From contig NZ_CALIMF010000001.1 of NCBI RefSeq assembly GCF_938028735.1, positions 79,003 to 143,002 of the forward strand: 64,000 nucleotides of DNA. The letters are read 5' to 3'. Under the pieces are notes generated by a model. That model searched no databases and was not told where the DNA came from. It saw only the letters and a list, made by a program, of their open reading frames with translations. The position numbers were made by a program, and so were the translations under genes. Origin of the DNA: an uncultured Thermanaerothrix sp. Its GTDB lineage: Bacteria > Chloroflexota > Anaerolineae > Anaerolineales > Anaerolineaceae. Shown here one piece after another: positions 10,364 through 18,988 of this stretch; positions within the stretch are counted from its first letter, which is position 1; each line of letters starts with the position of its first letter.

Positions 10364-11461
10364 ATGACAGAAGGGCTGAGCTCGCCGGTTGGGCCACGTG
10401 TGAGGGTAGCGGGTCGGGAATGCGATTATTTTTCCGGCACTGGTTACCTGGGTTTGCAGAGTGATCCGCGGGTTCTGGCCGCCGCCCAAGCAGCCTTGAC
10501 CCGGTTTGGTTTGAGTACAGCCACCTCGCGCGGTGGCTATGGTGAGCATCCTCTTTATGCAGACTTGGAGCAGGCCATTTGCACCTATTTTGGCACTGAA
10601 CAGGCGCTCTATCTGCCCACAGGTTATCTGGGGATGGCCTTACTGGTGCAGGGGTTGCATGGTCATTACGAGCGCCTCTTCGTGGACGAGGCTGCTCACT
10701 TCAGCGTTTGGGATGCGGCGCGAGGGGCGAACCTGCCAATAGTGTCTTTCCGTCACCTGGATGCCGAGGATTTGGCACGCCAGTTGCGTACGCATTTGCG
10801 TCCGGGGGAGCGCCCGCTGGTGCTCAGCGATGGCGTATTTCCGATTTCAGGTGACATTGCCCCGCTACCCGAGTATTTGCGCATCGTTGCGGAGTATGAT
10901 GGTCTGGTGGCGTTAGATGATGCGCATGGAGTGGGTGTACTGGGTGCACATGGCCGCGGGACGCCGGATTACTGGGGAGTGAGCGACGTGCGTTGTTTTT
11001 CCACTGCCACGTTAAGCAAGGCGTTGGGTGGTTACGGGGGCATTGTCACCGACCAAGCCGAGCGCATTCAACGCTTGCTGGTTCATTCTGCAGTCTATGT
11101 GGCTACCAGTCCACCGCCCTTGCCGGTAGCAGCGGCCTCGGCTATGGCGTTGCGCATTGCGCTAGAAGAGCCCCAACGGCGTGAGCGCTTGTGGCAGAAC
11201 GTGGGTCTAGCGCGGGCGGGGCTACGTGCGCTGGGGTGGGATCTGCCCGAAACGCCGGTGCCCATTCTTTGCCTGCGTGCCCAGCCCGGGCTTGATCTGG
11301 GGGTTTTGCAACGGCGTTTGTTGGAAGCGGATATCTGCGTGGCCCATGTGACGCGCTACTCCAGCACGCCACCCGGTGGGGCGCTACGCATCGCCATCTT
11401 TGCTACCCATACCGAGGCTCAGATTCAGCGCCTGGTTGAGACGCTTGGGCGGTTGCTCTAG
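10364..11461 (+). CDS. Class II PLP-dependent alpha-oxoamine synthase family enzyme (BioF/Kbl-like)
   Basis: YLGL, DGVF, DDAHG, TLSKALG (PLP lysine); substrate not assignable. Confidence 0.8.
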   Translation: MTEGLSSPVGPRVRVAGRECDYFSGTGYLGLQSDPRVLAAAQAALTRFGLSTATSRGGYGEHPLYADLEQAICTYFGTEQALYLPTGYLGMALLVQGLHGHYERLFVDEAAHFSVWDAARGANLPIVSFRHLDAEDLARQLRTHLRPGERPLVLSDGVFPISGDIAPLPEYLRIVAEYDGLVALDDAHGVGVLGAHGRGTPDYWGVSDVRCFSTATLSKALGGYGGIVTDQAERIQRLLVHSAVYVATSPPPLPVAAASAMALRIALEEPQRRERLWQNVGLARAGLRALGWDLPETPVPILCLRAQPGLDLGVLQRRLLEADICVAHVTRYSSTPPGGALRIAIFATHTEAQIQRLVETLGRLL

Positions 11462-12420
11462 TTAGACCCGCCATTGGTGCGGCTTTCAGTACGGCGCAGG
11501 GGCTCGCCGTATTTGATCTGGTACATGTCGAAATCTCGCGCAACAAACACATTGGGGAAGACCGTCTGCGCCTCATGGAGGATGTCCTTTTCACGATAGC
11601 GCCGTGAGAGGTGGGTCAGGATCAGGGCGTTAACCTCGGCCCGACGGGCCAGTTCGGCGGCACGGCGGGCAGTCAGATGTCCAAAGTGGCGGGCCATCTC
11701 GGCCTCTTCTTCCAGATAGGTGGCCTCGATGACCAGCGCATCGGCCTGGTAACACGGCTCCACCAGACTGTCAATTTCGCCAGCATCACCGACGATGACC
11801 AGGTGAGTCCCGCGGCGGTACTCGCCAAGAACCATGTCGGGAGTAATAAACCGCCCATCGGGTAGGGTGACTGCCTGGCCTTCGACCAATTGTCGCCGTA
11901 AGGGGCCATTGGGAATGCCCAGGGCTTCGGCCTTTTCGGGTAGGAAAGGGCGGCGTCCTTTTTCTTCAAAGCGGAAGCCCAAACTATCGGCACCGCGGTG
12001 TTGAACCGGGAAGGCAGTAATCGTGAAATCTTCGGCTTCAAAGAAGGTACCATTGCTAATTGGGCGTAGGTTGAGCGGCATGGGCGGGGTAGCGCCGCGC
12101 AAGACCACCCCGAAGAGCAGGTCGTGGATGCGTTCCAGCGCCCCACGGCTGCCGAAGATCTCAAGTTCGTCAATGGTCTCCCAGCGCATGAACGTAGAGA
12201 GCAACCCCGCAAGCCCTAAAATATGGTCGAGGTGCCCGTGAGTGATCAGGATGCGGTTGAGGCGTTTGAAACCAATCCCAGCCTGCAGGATTTGACGCTG
12301 GGTGCCTTCGCCACAGTCCACTAGAAACCGATGTTCGTCGTGCTTAACAACAATTGCCGGCAGGTTACGCCGGATCGAAGGAGCCGATGCAGAGGTGCCA
12401 AGGAAGATGAGTTCAAACAA
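11458..12420 (-). CDS. rnz: Ribonuclease Z
   Basis: FLGTSAS, DCGEGTQ, THGHLDHILG, flexible arm GIPNGP, EATY, HLT, THLSRRY. Confidence 0.93.
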   Translation of the reverse strand: MFELIFLGTSASAPSIRRNLPAIVVKHDEHRFLVDCGEGTQRQILQAGIGFKRLNRILITHGHLDHILGLAGLLSTFMRWETIDELEIFGSRGALERIHDLLFGVVLRGATPPMPLNLRPISNGTFFEAEDFTITAFPVQHRGADSLGFRFEEKGRRPFLPEKAEALGIPNGPLRRQLVEGQAVTLPDGRFITPDMVLGEYRRGTHLVIVGDAGEIDSLVEPCYQADALVIEATYLEEEAEMARHFGHLTARRAAELARRAEVNALILTHLSRRYREKDILHEAQTVFPNVFVARDFDMYQIKYGEPLRRTESRTNGGSN

Positions 12421-12534
12421 GGAAAATCACCTGATTAATTCGTGTCCCTTATTTTAATGCAACTTGGCAGGAAGCAGTAAAATTATCGGAAGAATGACCC
12501 CATTTGGGCGAGGAAAATCATAGGAGGTGACCCC

Positions 12535-13020
12535 ATGGAAATCAAAGTCGTGCCGATCGAAAAACCGGAAGCCGTGAACGTCATCCTGGGTCAATCGCAT
12601 TTCATCAAGACGGTGGAAGATATTCATGAGGCGCTAGTGACCAGTGTACCGGGTATCAAGTTCGGGTTGGCCTTTTGTGAAGCTTCGGGTGCCTGTTTAG
12701 TGCGCTGGAGCGGGACGGATCCCGATCTGATTGCCTTGGCGCAAAAGAACGCCCTGGCAGTGGGCGCGGGACATACTTTCTTTGTCTTTTTAGGCGAGGG
12801 ATTTTACCCCATTAATGTGCTCAAGGCTATTCAGGCGGTTCCTGAGGTGTGTCGTATCTTCTGCGCCACGGCTAACCCGCTCCAGGTCATCGTGGCCGAA
12901 ACCGATCAAGGACGTGGCATCTTGGGAGTGGTGGATGGCAGCAGCCCCAAGGGGATTGAAGATGAAGAGGGCATTGCCTGGCGCAAAGGCTTCTTGCGGC
13001 GTATCGGTTATAAAGCGTGA
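12535..13020 (+). CDS. Adenosine-specific kinase family protein (DUF355)
   Basis: GQSHFIKTVEDI, FGLAFCEASG, ATANP, GRGILGVVDG, GYK C-terminus are characteristic of the family. Confidence 0.88.
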   Translation: MEIKVVPIEKPEAVNVILGQSHFIKTVEDIHEALVTSVPGIKFGLAFCEASGACLVRWSGTDPDLIALAQKNALAVGAGHTFFVFLGEGFYPINVLKAIQAVPEVCRIFCATANPLQVIVAETDQGRGILGVVDGSSPKGIEDEEGIAWRKGFLRRIGYKA

Positions 13021-13025
13021 GGCCC

Positions 13026-13059
13026 GGAACTTGCAACGCGTTTTCTACGTCTGTACAAT
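13026..13059 (+). promoter_or_regulatory. Overlapping candidate ECF-sigma and housekeeping-sigma promoters
   Basis: GGAACTT(13026-32)-N16-GTCT(13049-52) and TTGCAA(13031-36)-N17-TACAAT(13054-59). Confidence 0.5.
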
Positions 13060-13107
13060 ATCCCCCTTTTCCTCAGAAGCCTGAGGGGAACGTAGAAGGA
13101 GCTGACA

Positions 13108-14061
13108 ATGAAAGCACGATGGATTGGCATTTTTATCCTGGCTGTGGTATTGAGCGGGTGTGGGCTACTCGGGCAGCGGGCCACCCCTTCGGATGCAGAG
13201 ATGGCGACACAGGTGGCCCAAATTCTAACAGCTATGCCCACGCCGACTTCCCCGCCTCTTGAGCCCACCCCAACCCAACCGTTGCCCACTGTGGCATTTA
13301 CGGAGCCTCCCACGGCCATCCCGCCAACTGAGACCCCTACGCCACTCCCCGCTGAGCCAACGGCCACGCTGCCAGCCTACCCGCCGCCGGAGACACCTGT
13401 GCCTACAGCCACTGCCACGGTGACGACTCAGCCGACACCCACTTATGCTTTTACCCCGCCTGCAACCGATCCGGTACTCAAACTGGGTAGTGCCACCTGG
13501 ACAGATCCCATGGATAACGATCGCAATTGGCCCACCGGCCCGGATCAATACACGCGTATTGAGTTTCGGGATGGTGTGATGCGGTTAACCGGCTTGACTC
13601 CCACGGACGGCTGGCGGATGACTTGGCCAAAAGTGGCTGATTTTTACCTGGAGGCAACCTTCCGCACTGGTGAGTGCAAGGGTAGCGATCGCTACGGCCT
13701 GTTTTTCCGGGTGCCGATCCTAAGCAATCCCGACCGAGGTTACCTGTTCGGCTTGACGTGTGATGGTAAATACGGGCTACGTCGTTGGAATGCCTCGGTT
13801 GGGACCCGAGGCGAGATGATCACCCTGGTGAACTGGAAGTCCGATGCGGCCATTAACGCAGGGCCTAATCAGGTCAATCGCTTGGGAGTAATGGCGATTG
13901 GTGATCGCTATGCCCTCTACGCCAATGGGGTGCTGCTTACCGAAGTGCGCGACGATCGCTTCCTCGAGGGCTACTTTGGTGTCTTCGTGGGGGCTCGTGA
14001 AACCGAAAATCTCACCATCCAGGTAGATCAAATTCGCTACTGGGAGAATCCGCGCCCATAA
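13108..14061 (+). CDS. Lipoprotein with Pro/Thr-rich linker and C-terminal concanavalin-like/DUF1080-like beta-sandwich domain
   Basis: Lipobox LSGC; PT repeats; DFYLEA..YGLFFR..YLF..NRLGV..LYANG..G.FG pattern. Confidence 0.75.
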   Translation: MKARWIGIFILAVVLSGCGLLGQRATPSDAEMATQVAQILTAMPTPTSPPLEPTPTQPLPTVAFTEPPTAIPPTETPTPLPAEPTATLPAYPPPETPVPTATATVTTQPTPTYAFTPPATDPVLKLGSATWTDPMDNDRNWPTGPDQYTRIEFRDGVMRLTGLTPTDGWRMTWPKVADFYLEATFRTGECKGSDRYGLFFRVPILSNPDRGYLFGLTCDGKYGLRRWNASVGTRGEMITLVNWKSDAAINAGPNQVNRLGVMAIGDRYALYANGVLLTEVRDDRFLEGYFGVFVGARETENLTIQVDQIRYWENPRP

Positions 14062-14079
14062 AGACAGGCTAGTGGGTGC

Positions 14080-14106
14080 GAGAGCGGGTTATATAAACCC
14101 GCTCTC
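14080..14106 (+). terminator. Probable intrinsic terminator
   Basis: Perfect 11-bp stem GAGAGCGGGTT/AACCCGCTCTC after the lipoprotein stop. Confidence 0.6.
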
Positions 14107-14166
14107 CTTATATTGGTGTGCACGTAAAATGAGGATGTCATTGATTACGAAAAGAGAGTTCAAAGT

Positions 14167-15501
14167 ATGACCACGCTCAAGGGCTATCAATTGCTCCCGC
14201 ATCTACCGCGCATCCGTACGGATACTCCTGGCTTTCTGCTGGAATGTGCCCGACGCTATGGAGATTGGGTGCACTTTGATGTAGGAGTTACCCAGGCCTT
14301 TTTTATCAATCATCCGGACGCTGTGAAGCATGTATTGCAGGAAAAAAACCGCTATTATACGAAAGATACCCTTCAATACCGTACGTTGGCTCTGGTGACC
14401 GGTCAGGGATTACTGACAGCGGATGGGGACATGTGGCTGGCACATCGACGATTACTTCAGCCGGCTTTTGCTCGCCCGCATTTGATGGCTCTGGATGAAG
14501 TGGTGCTGCCGGTCGTTGATCGGATGCTGCAGCGGTGGGAGCATTTGGCCATCCAGCAGGAGATCGTGGACGTAGACCATGAAATGCTGGAAGCGGCGCT
14601 AGAGGTCGTGGGTCTGGCTCTGTTTGGTTTGGATCTCAGCCGTGAGGCCCCTCAGTTGGTCAGGGCGGTGCTCACCGCCTTAGATTATGTGATTTATCGC
14701 GCTCAGAATCTGGTGGTACCGCCCCTGAACTGGCCGACCCCGCGCAATCGCGCCTTCAAACGCGCTTTGGCCGAGTTGGAGCGGGCCGTAGATGCCATTC
14801 TGGATCAAAGGCGCGATGGGAAGGCACAAGGGGGAACTCTGTTGAATCTACTGGTGCAGGCTGAGCAGGCTGGTCAAATGACGCGTCAGCAGGTGCGGGA
14901 TGAACTGGTCACCATGATTGTAGCGGGGCATGAGACCGTTGCTACGGCCCTGACCTGGACTTGGTACCTTTTGGCGCAGCACCCTGAGGTAGAGGCTACT
15001 CTGCTTGCTGAGATTGACACGGTCCTGGATGGACGTCCACCAACGCGAGAGGATTTGCCGAAGTTAACCTATTCCACCCAAGTGTTCGCCGAAGCCTTGC
15101 GTCTCTATCCGCCGGCGTGGTTGATCACGCGGCGGGCCATCGCCGAGGATGCGTGGATGGGGCACTCCATCCCACGGGGTGCGCTAATCATCATCAGTCC
15201 CTATGTGTTGCACCGTCATCCTGAGTTCTGGGATGAACCTGAAGCTTTCCACCCCGAACGGTTTGCTGAGGACAAGGCAAGGGCTTATCCACGTTTCGCC
15301 TACATTCCTTTTGGGGGTGGGCCGCGCCTGTGCATTGGCAATCAATTCGCTCTGGTTGAGGCTCAGTTGATTCTAAGTCGGGTGTTGCAGCGCTTTCGCC
15401 TGAGTTTTGCGGGCGCAGGCCCGGTGCAGGCAAAGCCGCTGGTAACCCTGCGCCCGAAAGGTGGGATGCCAATGCGATTGATCCCGCGTCAGGCGAGTTG
15501 A
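14167..15501 (+). CDS. Cytochrome P450
   Basis: I-helix AGHET, ExxR (EALR), PERF, heme motif FGGGPRLCIG. Confidence 0.96.
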   Translation: MTTLKGYQLLPHLPRIRTDTPGFLLECARRYGDWVHFDVGVTQAFFINHPDAVKHVLQEKNRYYTKDTLQYRTLALVTGQGLLTADGDMWLAHRRLLQPAFARPHLMALDEVVLPVVDRMLQRWEHLAIQQEIVDVDHEMLEAALEVVGLALFGLDLSREAPQLVRAVLTALDYVIYRAQNLVVPPLNWPTPRNRAFKRALAELERAVDAILDQRRDGKAQGGTLLNLLVQAEQAGQMTRQQVRDELVTMIVAGHETVATALTWTWYLLAQHPEVEATLLAEIDTVLDGRPPTREDLPKLTYSTQVFAEALRLYPPAWLITRRAIAEDAWMGHSIPRGALIIISPYVLHRHPEFWDEPEAFHPERFAEDKARAYPRFAYIPFGGGPRLCIGNQFALVEAQLILSRVLQRFRLSFAGAGPVQAKPLVTLRPKGGMPMRLIPRQAS

Positions 15502-16212
15502 TCAGGTAATTTTCTCCACCACCTCGATTCCGTTAAGGGCCATGTGGTAGAGGAAAATGGCGTGCATTAAATCGCCAGGATGGGGAAAGCCCCCTTCTTT
15601 TTCGGCAACCTCGATGGGGCGATCGTAAGTTTCCACACCATCGGTTGGAACAATCACCCTGCGCTGTAATTGACGCGCGTTGGCATCCAGGCGCAGGTGC
15701 ATAGCCAGTTGATAGGTGCACAAGTCGGTAACATCCCCTACCACAATGAACGTATTGACTTCCGGATGCTGGGCCAACCAGTCGTTTAGCCCTGTGTTCA
15801 GACCCGAAGAAAGGGAGTTCTTCTCCAAAATTACCATTTGAGGGAAGAAAGGCAGGCGCTTAAAGGCATCCACAGGTTCGGCCTCGGCGGTGCCGCGCAC
15901 GCAGTGGGGCGGCCAGGCGGCGAATTCAACCGCATCCGGCTCGTGACTATCTTGGATCAGGATGATGTGGCGGATGCCGTAATCCCAAGCGCGCTGAAAG
16001 AGCGAGGCAATGGGTTCCACGATGCGCCCCACGCGCTCGCTGGCTAGCGGTCCGCTAACACAGAAGCCGTTGATTACGTCCACTGAGACGATAGCCGCTC
16101 GTGCAGGGTCAGGGGCGATCTCCTTCAGACTGACCACCGGTAACTGAGCCAGCCACTGTTCCAAATAGCGCAAGAAGGGCCCGCTTTGGGGTTCCAGGTT
16201 CAGGCGAGGCAT
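15502..16212 (-). CDS. pncA: Nicotinamidase / isochorismatase-family cysteine hydrolase
   Basis: VDVINGF, DSH, WPPHC metal ligands, K, TDLC catalytic Cys; an NrtR-like operator upstream supports a NAD-salvage role. Confidence 0.75.
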   Translation of the reverse strand: MPRLNLEPQSGPFLRYLEQWLAQLPVVSLKEIAPDPARAAIVSVDVINGFCVSGPLASERVGRIVEPIASLFQRAWDYGIRHIILIQDSHEPDAVEFAAWPPHCVRGTAEAEPVDAFKRLPFFPQMVILEKNSLSSGLNTGLNDWLAQHPEVNTFIVVGDVTDLCTYQLAMHLRLDANARQLQRRVIVPTDGVETYDRPIEVAEKEGGFPHPGDLMHAIFLYHMALNGIEVVEKIT

Positions 16213-16243
16213 GATTACACCTCCTTAGGTGAAGAGCATGAGA

Positions 16244-16272
16244 TGAATTGGTGTAATTTTTACACTAATTCA
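16244..16272. promoter_or_regulatory. Palindromic operator, NrtR-like (GT-N7-AC core)
   Basis: TGAATTGGTGTAA-TTT-TTACACTAATTCA: 13-bp arms with 1 mismatch, just downstream of the pncA -10. Confidence 0.7.
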
Positions 16273-16300
16273 ATTTTAGCCGGAACGGGGGGAATGTCAA
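16273..16300 (-). promoter_or_regulatory. Sigma70-type promoter for pncA
   Basis: Minus strand TTGACA(16300-16295)-N16-TAAAAT(16278-16273). Confidence 0.65.
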
Positions 16301-16316
16301 GCCAGTAGCATGGACT

Positions 16317-16776
16317 TTATATCCCCTCATCCAGGTTTTCCGGATGGGCGTTGATCCATTTTTGAAGGGCACTTGCGATACGGGTGATATCGCCAAGTTG
16401 ATGGGTGCAAATTTCATAAAGTTCTTCTGGGCTGACTTCATGATAAAAATGAACTAGGCGGTTGCGATAGCCAGCCAGAATATTCAACAGAGCACTTTCT
16501 TCGGCGTTGATTACGCCATTTTGGTGAAGAGCACGGGCAATTTCTTTGTACTCGCTCACCCCTAAAGCGAAGCCCTTCACTAGGATGTGTCGTCCCAGGT
16601 CAAACAAAGCCTCAAGGGCGCGTCGAAGACACAATTCGGCTGCAAAAAGATTGCGGGGGTCCCCGAAGAATTCATCGCGGGATGTCAAGGGCAACCTCTG
16701 GATGTGGTCCAGCATATTTGGAGATCCAAGCCAAGCGATCTACGACCACGCGGCGGGAGATTTTCTGGGGCATCAT
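16317..16776 (-). pseudogene. HepT-like HEPN ribonuclease toxin (DUF86), frameshifted near the N-terminus
   Basis: Rx4H motif RNRLVHFY; the N-terminus MMPQKISRRVVVDRLAWISK (from 16776) is one base out of frame with MLDHIQRL (from 16715). Confidence 0.75.
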
Positions 16777-17027
16777 AGGTTTCTGGTGAGGATCATTTGC
16801 ATACGCTCACGAACAGATCTTCCAGGGCCTGCGCAAATTCCACTTTTTCCCGCACTGCAAGGCGGCGGGCAGGTAAAATGCCAACATCTATATCGCTAGA
16901 TGAGGCGGGTATGGGTTCGCCGTGCAAGAGGAGGTTTACCGCCGCCTTGGCTTGGCTGCCAAATAAGGTAAACAATAAGGATATTGTAAGCCTCGCATAA
17001 ATGGGCCAAAGTTGACAGGGTGTTCAC
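16773..17027 (-). pseudogene. MntA-like minimal nucleotidyltransferase antitoxin, frameshifted and internally deleted
   Basis: VNTLSTLAHLCEAYNILIVYL then one extra base before FGSQA...SDIDVG...EDLF; a C-terminal-like remnant RERMQMILTRNL* in another frame ends with an ATGA overlap on the HEPN start. Confidence 0.7.
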
Positions 17028-17068
17028 ACAACTATTATACCCTGCCCGGTGGCGTGTTGCTGGGTCGT

Positions 17069-17953
17069 TCACCAGCGCTTTTGTAGGCGAATGCGCAAGA
17101 TAATAGCGGTAGTGTTGAGGAGCAGCAATACCCCTAGAAGCACAATGATGCCGGCAGCGGCAAGTTGCTGGAACTCTTTTTGTGGTAGTGAGATCCAGTT
17201 GAAAATCTGGATGGGCAGGACGGTGAAGATATCCAGCGGGCCGCGCAGGTCGAAGCGAATGTAGGTGAGGGCCCCGATAGTGATCAGCGGGGCAGTTTCG
17301 CCAATGGCACGAGACATAGCCAGGATGGTGCCGGTCAAAATTCCCGACATTGCGTAAGGTAAGACGTGATCGCGCACAGTCTGCCAAGGCGTGGCTCCCA
17401 CACCAAAGGCGGCTAGGCGTATGCTGCGCGGCACAGCACGGATGGCTTCGCGCGAGGCGACGATCACCGTGGGCAATATAAGCAGGGTCATGGTCAGGGC
17501 ACCAGCCAGCAGACTGCGTCCCAAGTTGAGCCCGTACACGAACAACCCTAATCCCAGCAAGCCGTAAATGATCGAGGGTACGCCGGCCAGGTTAGAGATG
17601 TTGATCTCAATGAAGCGGGTAAACCAGTTATCCTGAGCGTATTCCTCAAGATAGATGGCCGCCGCAACGCCAATGGGAAAGGAGAGTACGGCCGTAATCA
17701 CGGCCAGCCAAAGCGTACCCTGGAGGGCAGAGCGCAGCCCCGCCTTCTCCGGAAACCGCGAGGGGAATTGGGTGAAAAGTTCGGGACGCAACCAGGGAAG
17801 CCCGTCCAGGAAAACATCAATTAGCAAGGTGAGCAGCACTACAATCCCGATCAGAACGGCCATCAAAGCGAAGAGTTCAAACAATTTTCCGTAACGTTTG
17901 CGCTGTTGCAAGCGTTGCAGTTCAACGGGACTGAGAAAATCGCTTGTGTTCAT
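17069..17953 (-). CDS. pstA: Phosphate ABC transporter permease PstA
   Basis: [40 protein letters not shown]. Confidence 0.96.
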   Translation of the reverse strand: MNTSDFLSPVELQRLQQRKRYGKLFELFALMAVLIGIVVLLTLLIDVFLDGLPWLRPELFTQFPSRFPEKAGLRSALQGTLWLAVITAVLSFPIGVAAAIYLEEYAQDNWFTRFIEINISNLAGVPSIIYGLLGLGLFVYGLNLGRSLLAGALTMTLLILPTVIVASREAIRAVPRSIRLAAFGVGATPWQTVRDHVLPYAMSGILTGTILAMSRAIGETAPLITIGALTYIRFDLRGPLDIFTVLPIQIFNWISLPQKEFQQLAAAGIIVLLGVLLLLNTTAIILRIRLQKRW

Positions 17954-18897
17954 TCGTACACCTCGCGGAAGCGGCGGGTGAGGAAATGACTGATCACATT
18001 CATCACCAAGGTCATAAAGAAGAGCATCGCACCCACAGCAAAAATGGTCAGGTAAGCCAAGCTCTGCTGCGGGGTATCCCCCAGGCTGACCTGGACGATA
18101 TACGCAGTCATGGTTTCGATAGATTCAAGCGGGTTGAGGGTTAGTTTGGGTTGTTGACCAGCGGCAATGGCTACAATCATGGTCTCGCCGATGGCACGTG
18201 AGACGGCTAAAATGAAAGAAGCACTAATTCCTGAAAGCGCGGCCGGGACTACGATTTGTGTGGATACCTCCAGTTTGGTGGCGCCCAGGGCGTAAGCAGC
18301 ATCCCGGAGCGAGCGGGGCACTGCCGAAAGTGCATCCTCAGAAATGGAGGCTACCATGGGCAGGATCATGAACCCCATCACAATGCTGGCGCTGGCGCCG
18401 TTGAAAGTCTGAGTCTGGGGGAAAATGGACTTAAGTAGAGGGGTGACAAAGAGCAGTGCAAAGTACCCGTACACTACTGTGGGGATACCCGCCAGGACCT
18501 CCAGGATCGGCTTGAGGATACGTCGCATATTCTCTGACGCATATTCGCTCATGTAGATGGCTGCCAGCAGCCCCAGCGGAAGAGCAATAATCATGGCACC
18601 TGCCGCAACCAGGACGGTGCCATTGACCAGCGGCCAGATGCCAAATTTCTTAGAGGCGAAAAGGGGGGTCCAGCGCGTTTCGGTGAAGAATTCAACAATG
18701 GAGACTTGTTGGAAAAAGAGTATCGTCTCGCGTAGCAGGGTCAAGACGATACCAAGCGTGGTTAGGATTGAGACGGCAGCGCAGATGAGCAGCCCGGTTT
18801 GAATCAGGCGCTCAACGGTACGGGGACGGCGCTTGAGGGCTTGAGCAATTGGTGAGGGTGAGGTGGTTGTGAGGGGTGCAGTTTTTGCGGTTTCCAT
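17950..18897 (-). CDS. pstC: Phosphate ABC transporter permease PstC
   Basis: [39 protein letters not shown]; start set to ATG 18897 by SD position. Confidence 0.96.
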   Translation of the reverse strand: METAKTAPLTTTSPSPIAQALKRRPRTVERLIQTGLLICAAVSILTTLGIVLTLLRETILFFQQVSIVEFFTETRWTPLFASKKFGIWPLVNGTVLVAAGAMIIALPLGLLAAIYMSEYASENMRRILKPILEVLAGIPTVVYGYFALLFVTPLLKSIFPQTQTFNGASASIVMGFMILPMVASISEDALSAVPRSLRDAAYALGATKLEVSTQIVVPAALSGISASFILAVSRAIGETMIVAIAAGQQPKLTLNPLESIETMTAYIVQVSLGDTPQQSLAYLTIFAVGAMLFFMTLVMNVISHFLTRRFREVYE

Positions 18898-18919
18898 GAT
18901 GGACCTTCTCCCATGCAAG

Positions 18920-18950
18920 CCTGGGAAGGGACTATCTGGCCCTTCCCAGG
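18920..18950 (-). terminator. Intercistronic hairpin after pstS (mRNA stabiliser)
   Basis: Perfect 11-bp stem CCTGGGAAGGG/CCCTTCCCAGG. Confidence 0.55.
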
Positions 18951-18988
18951 TAGATTTTACATGAAATCTGGTTTTGAGTCAGCGATGG

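Noticed and set aside
13230-13460. Repeat-like DNA in the lipoprotein gene (and 7225-7320)
   Set aside because: Encodes Pro/Thr low-complexity linkers, not a DNA repeat element
16896-17387. 163-aa minus-strand ORF
   Set aside because: Mostly an alternative frame of pstA; only the part from 17027 is the real MNT N-terminus
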